64,000 nucleotides of DNA from Camelus dromedarius (Eukaryota): assembly GCF_036321535.1 (NCBI RefSeq), contig NC_087437.1, forward strand, positions 103,604,001 to 103,668,000, read 5' to 3'. The notes under the pieces are model-generated. The model worked only from the letters and a program-made list of their open reading frames with translations, was not told where the DNA came from and searched no databases. Shown here in pieces: positions 63,946 to 64,000 of this stretch; position 1 is the first letter of the stretch, and each line of letters begins with the position of its first letter. The position numbers and the translations under genes were made by a program.

Positions 63946-64000
63946 GAGGCTGCTACCGCAAGAATGAAAGAAACAGACTCACAGATATTGAGAACAAACT

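Noticed and set aside
1..64000. A previously undescribed multi-gene biological system
   Set aside because: No intact genes, RNA genes or arrays are visible; the content is explained by known mammalian repeat classes plus unique non-coding DNA.

Overview
Mammalian, AT-rich, CpG-poor non-coding DNA (gene desert or large intron). I can support no intact protein-coding gene, RNA gene, CRISPR array or prokaryote-type system. The ORF-track entries are chance ORFs or decayed L1 fragments. Retroelements dominate: a ~4.9 kb 5'-truncated L1 with a disabled ORF2 (28541-33480), two 5'-inverted L1s, two very short L1 tails with target-site duplications (TSDs), ERV1-like solo LTRs, ERVL/MaLR LTRs (MLT1, MLT2, LTR16, LTR40-like), L2/MIR relics, and Tigger1- and MER53-like DNA transposon fragments. 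The repeat complement suggests a cetartiodactyl, probably a camelid (inference). The most notable structures are two nested insertions, a 38/40-bp inverted repeat pair 1.1 kb apart, a CRE-CRE-TATA candidate promoter with downstream splice sites, and several motif-dense unique segments that may be enhancers. Family names come from recalled consensus similarity, not from a search, and boundaries of old repeats are approximate.
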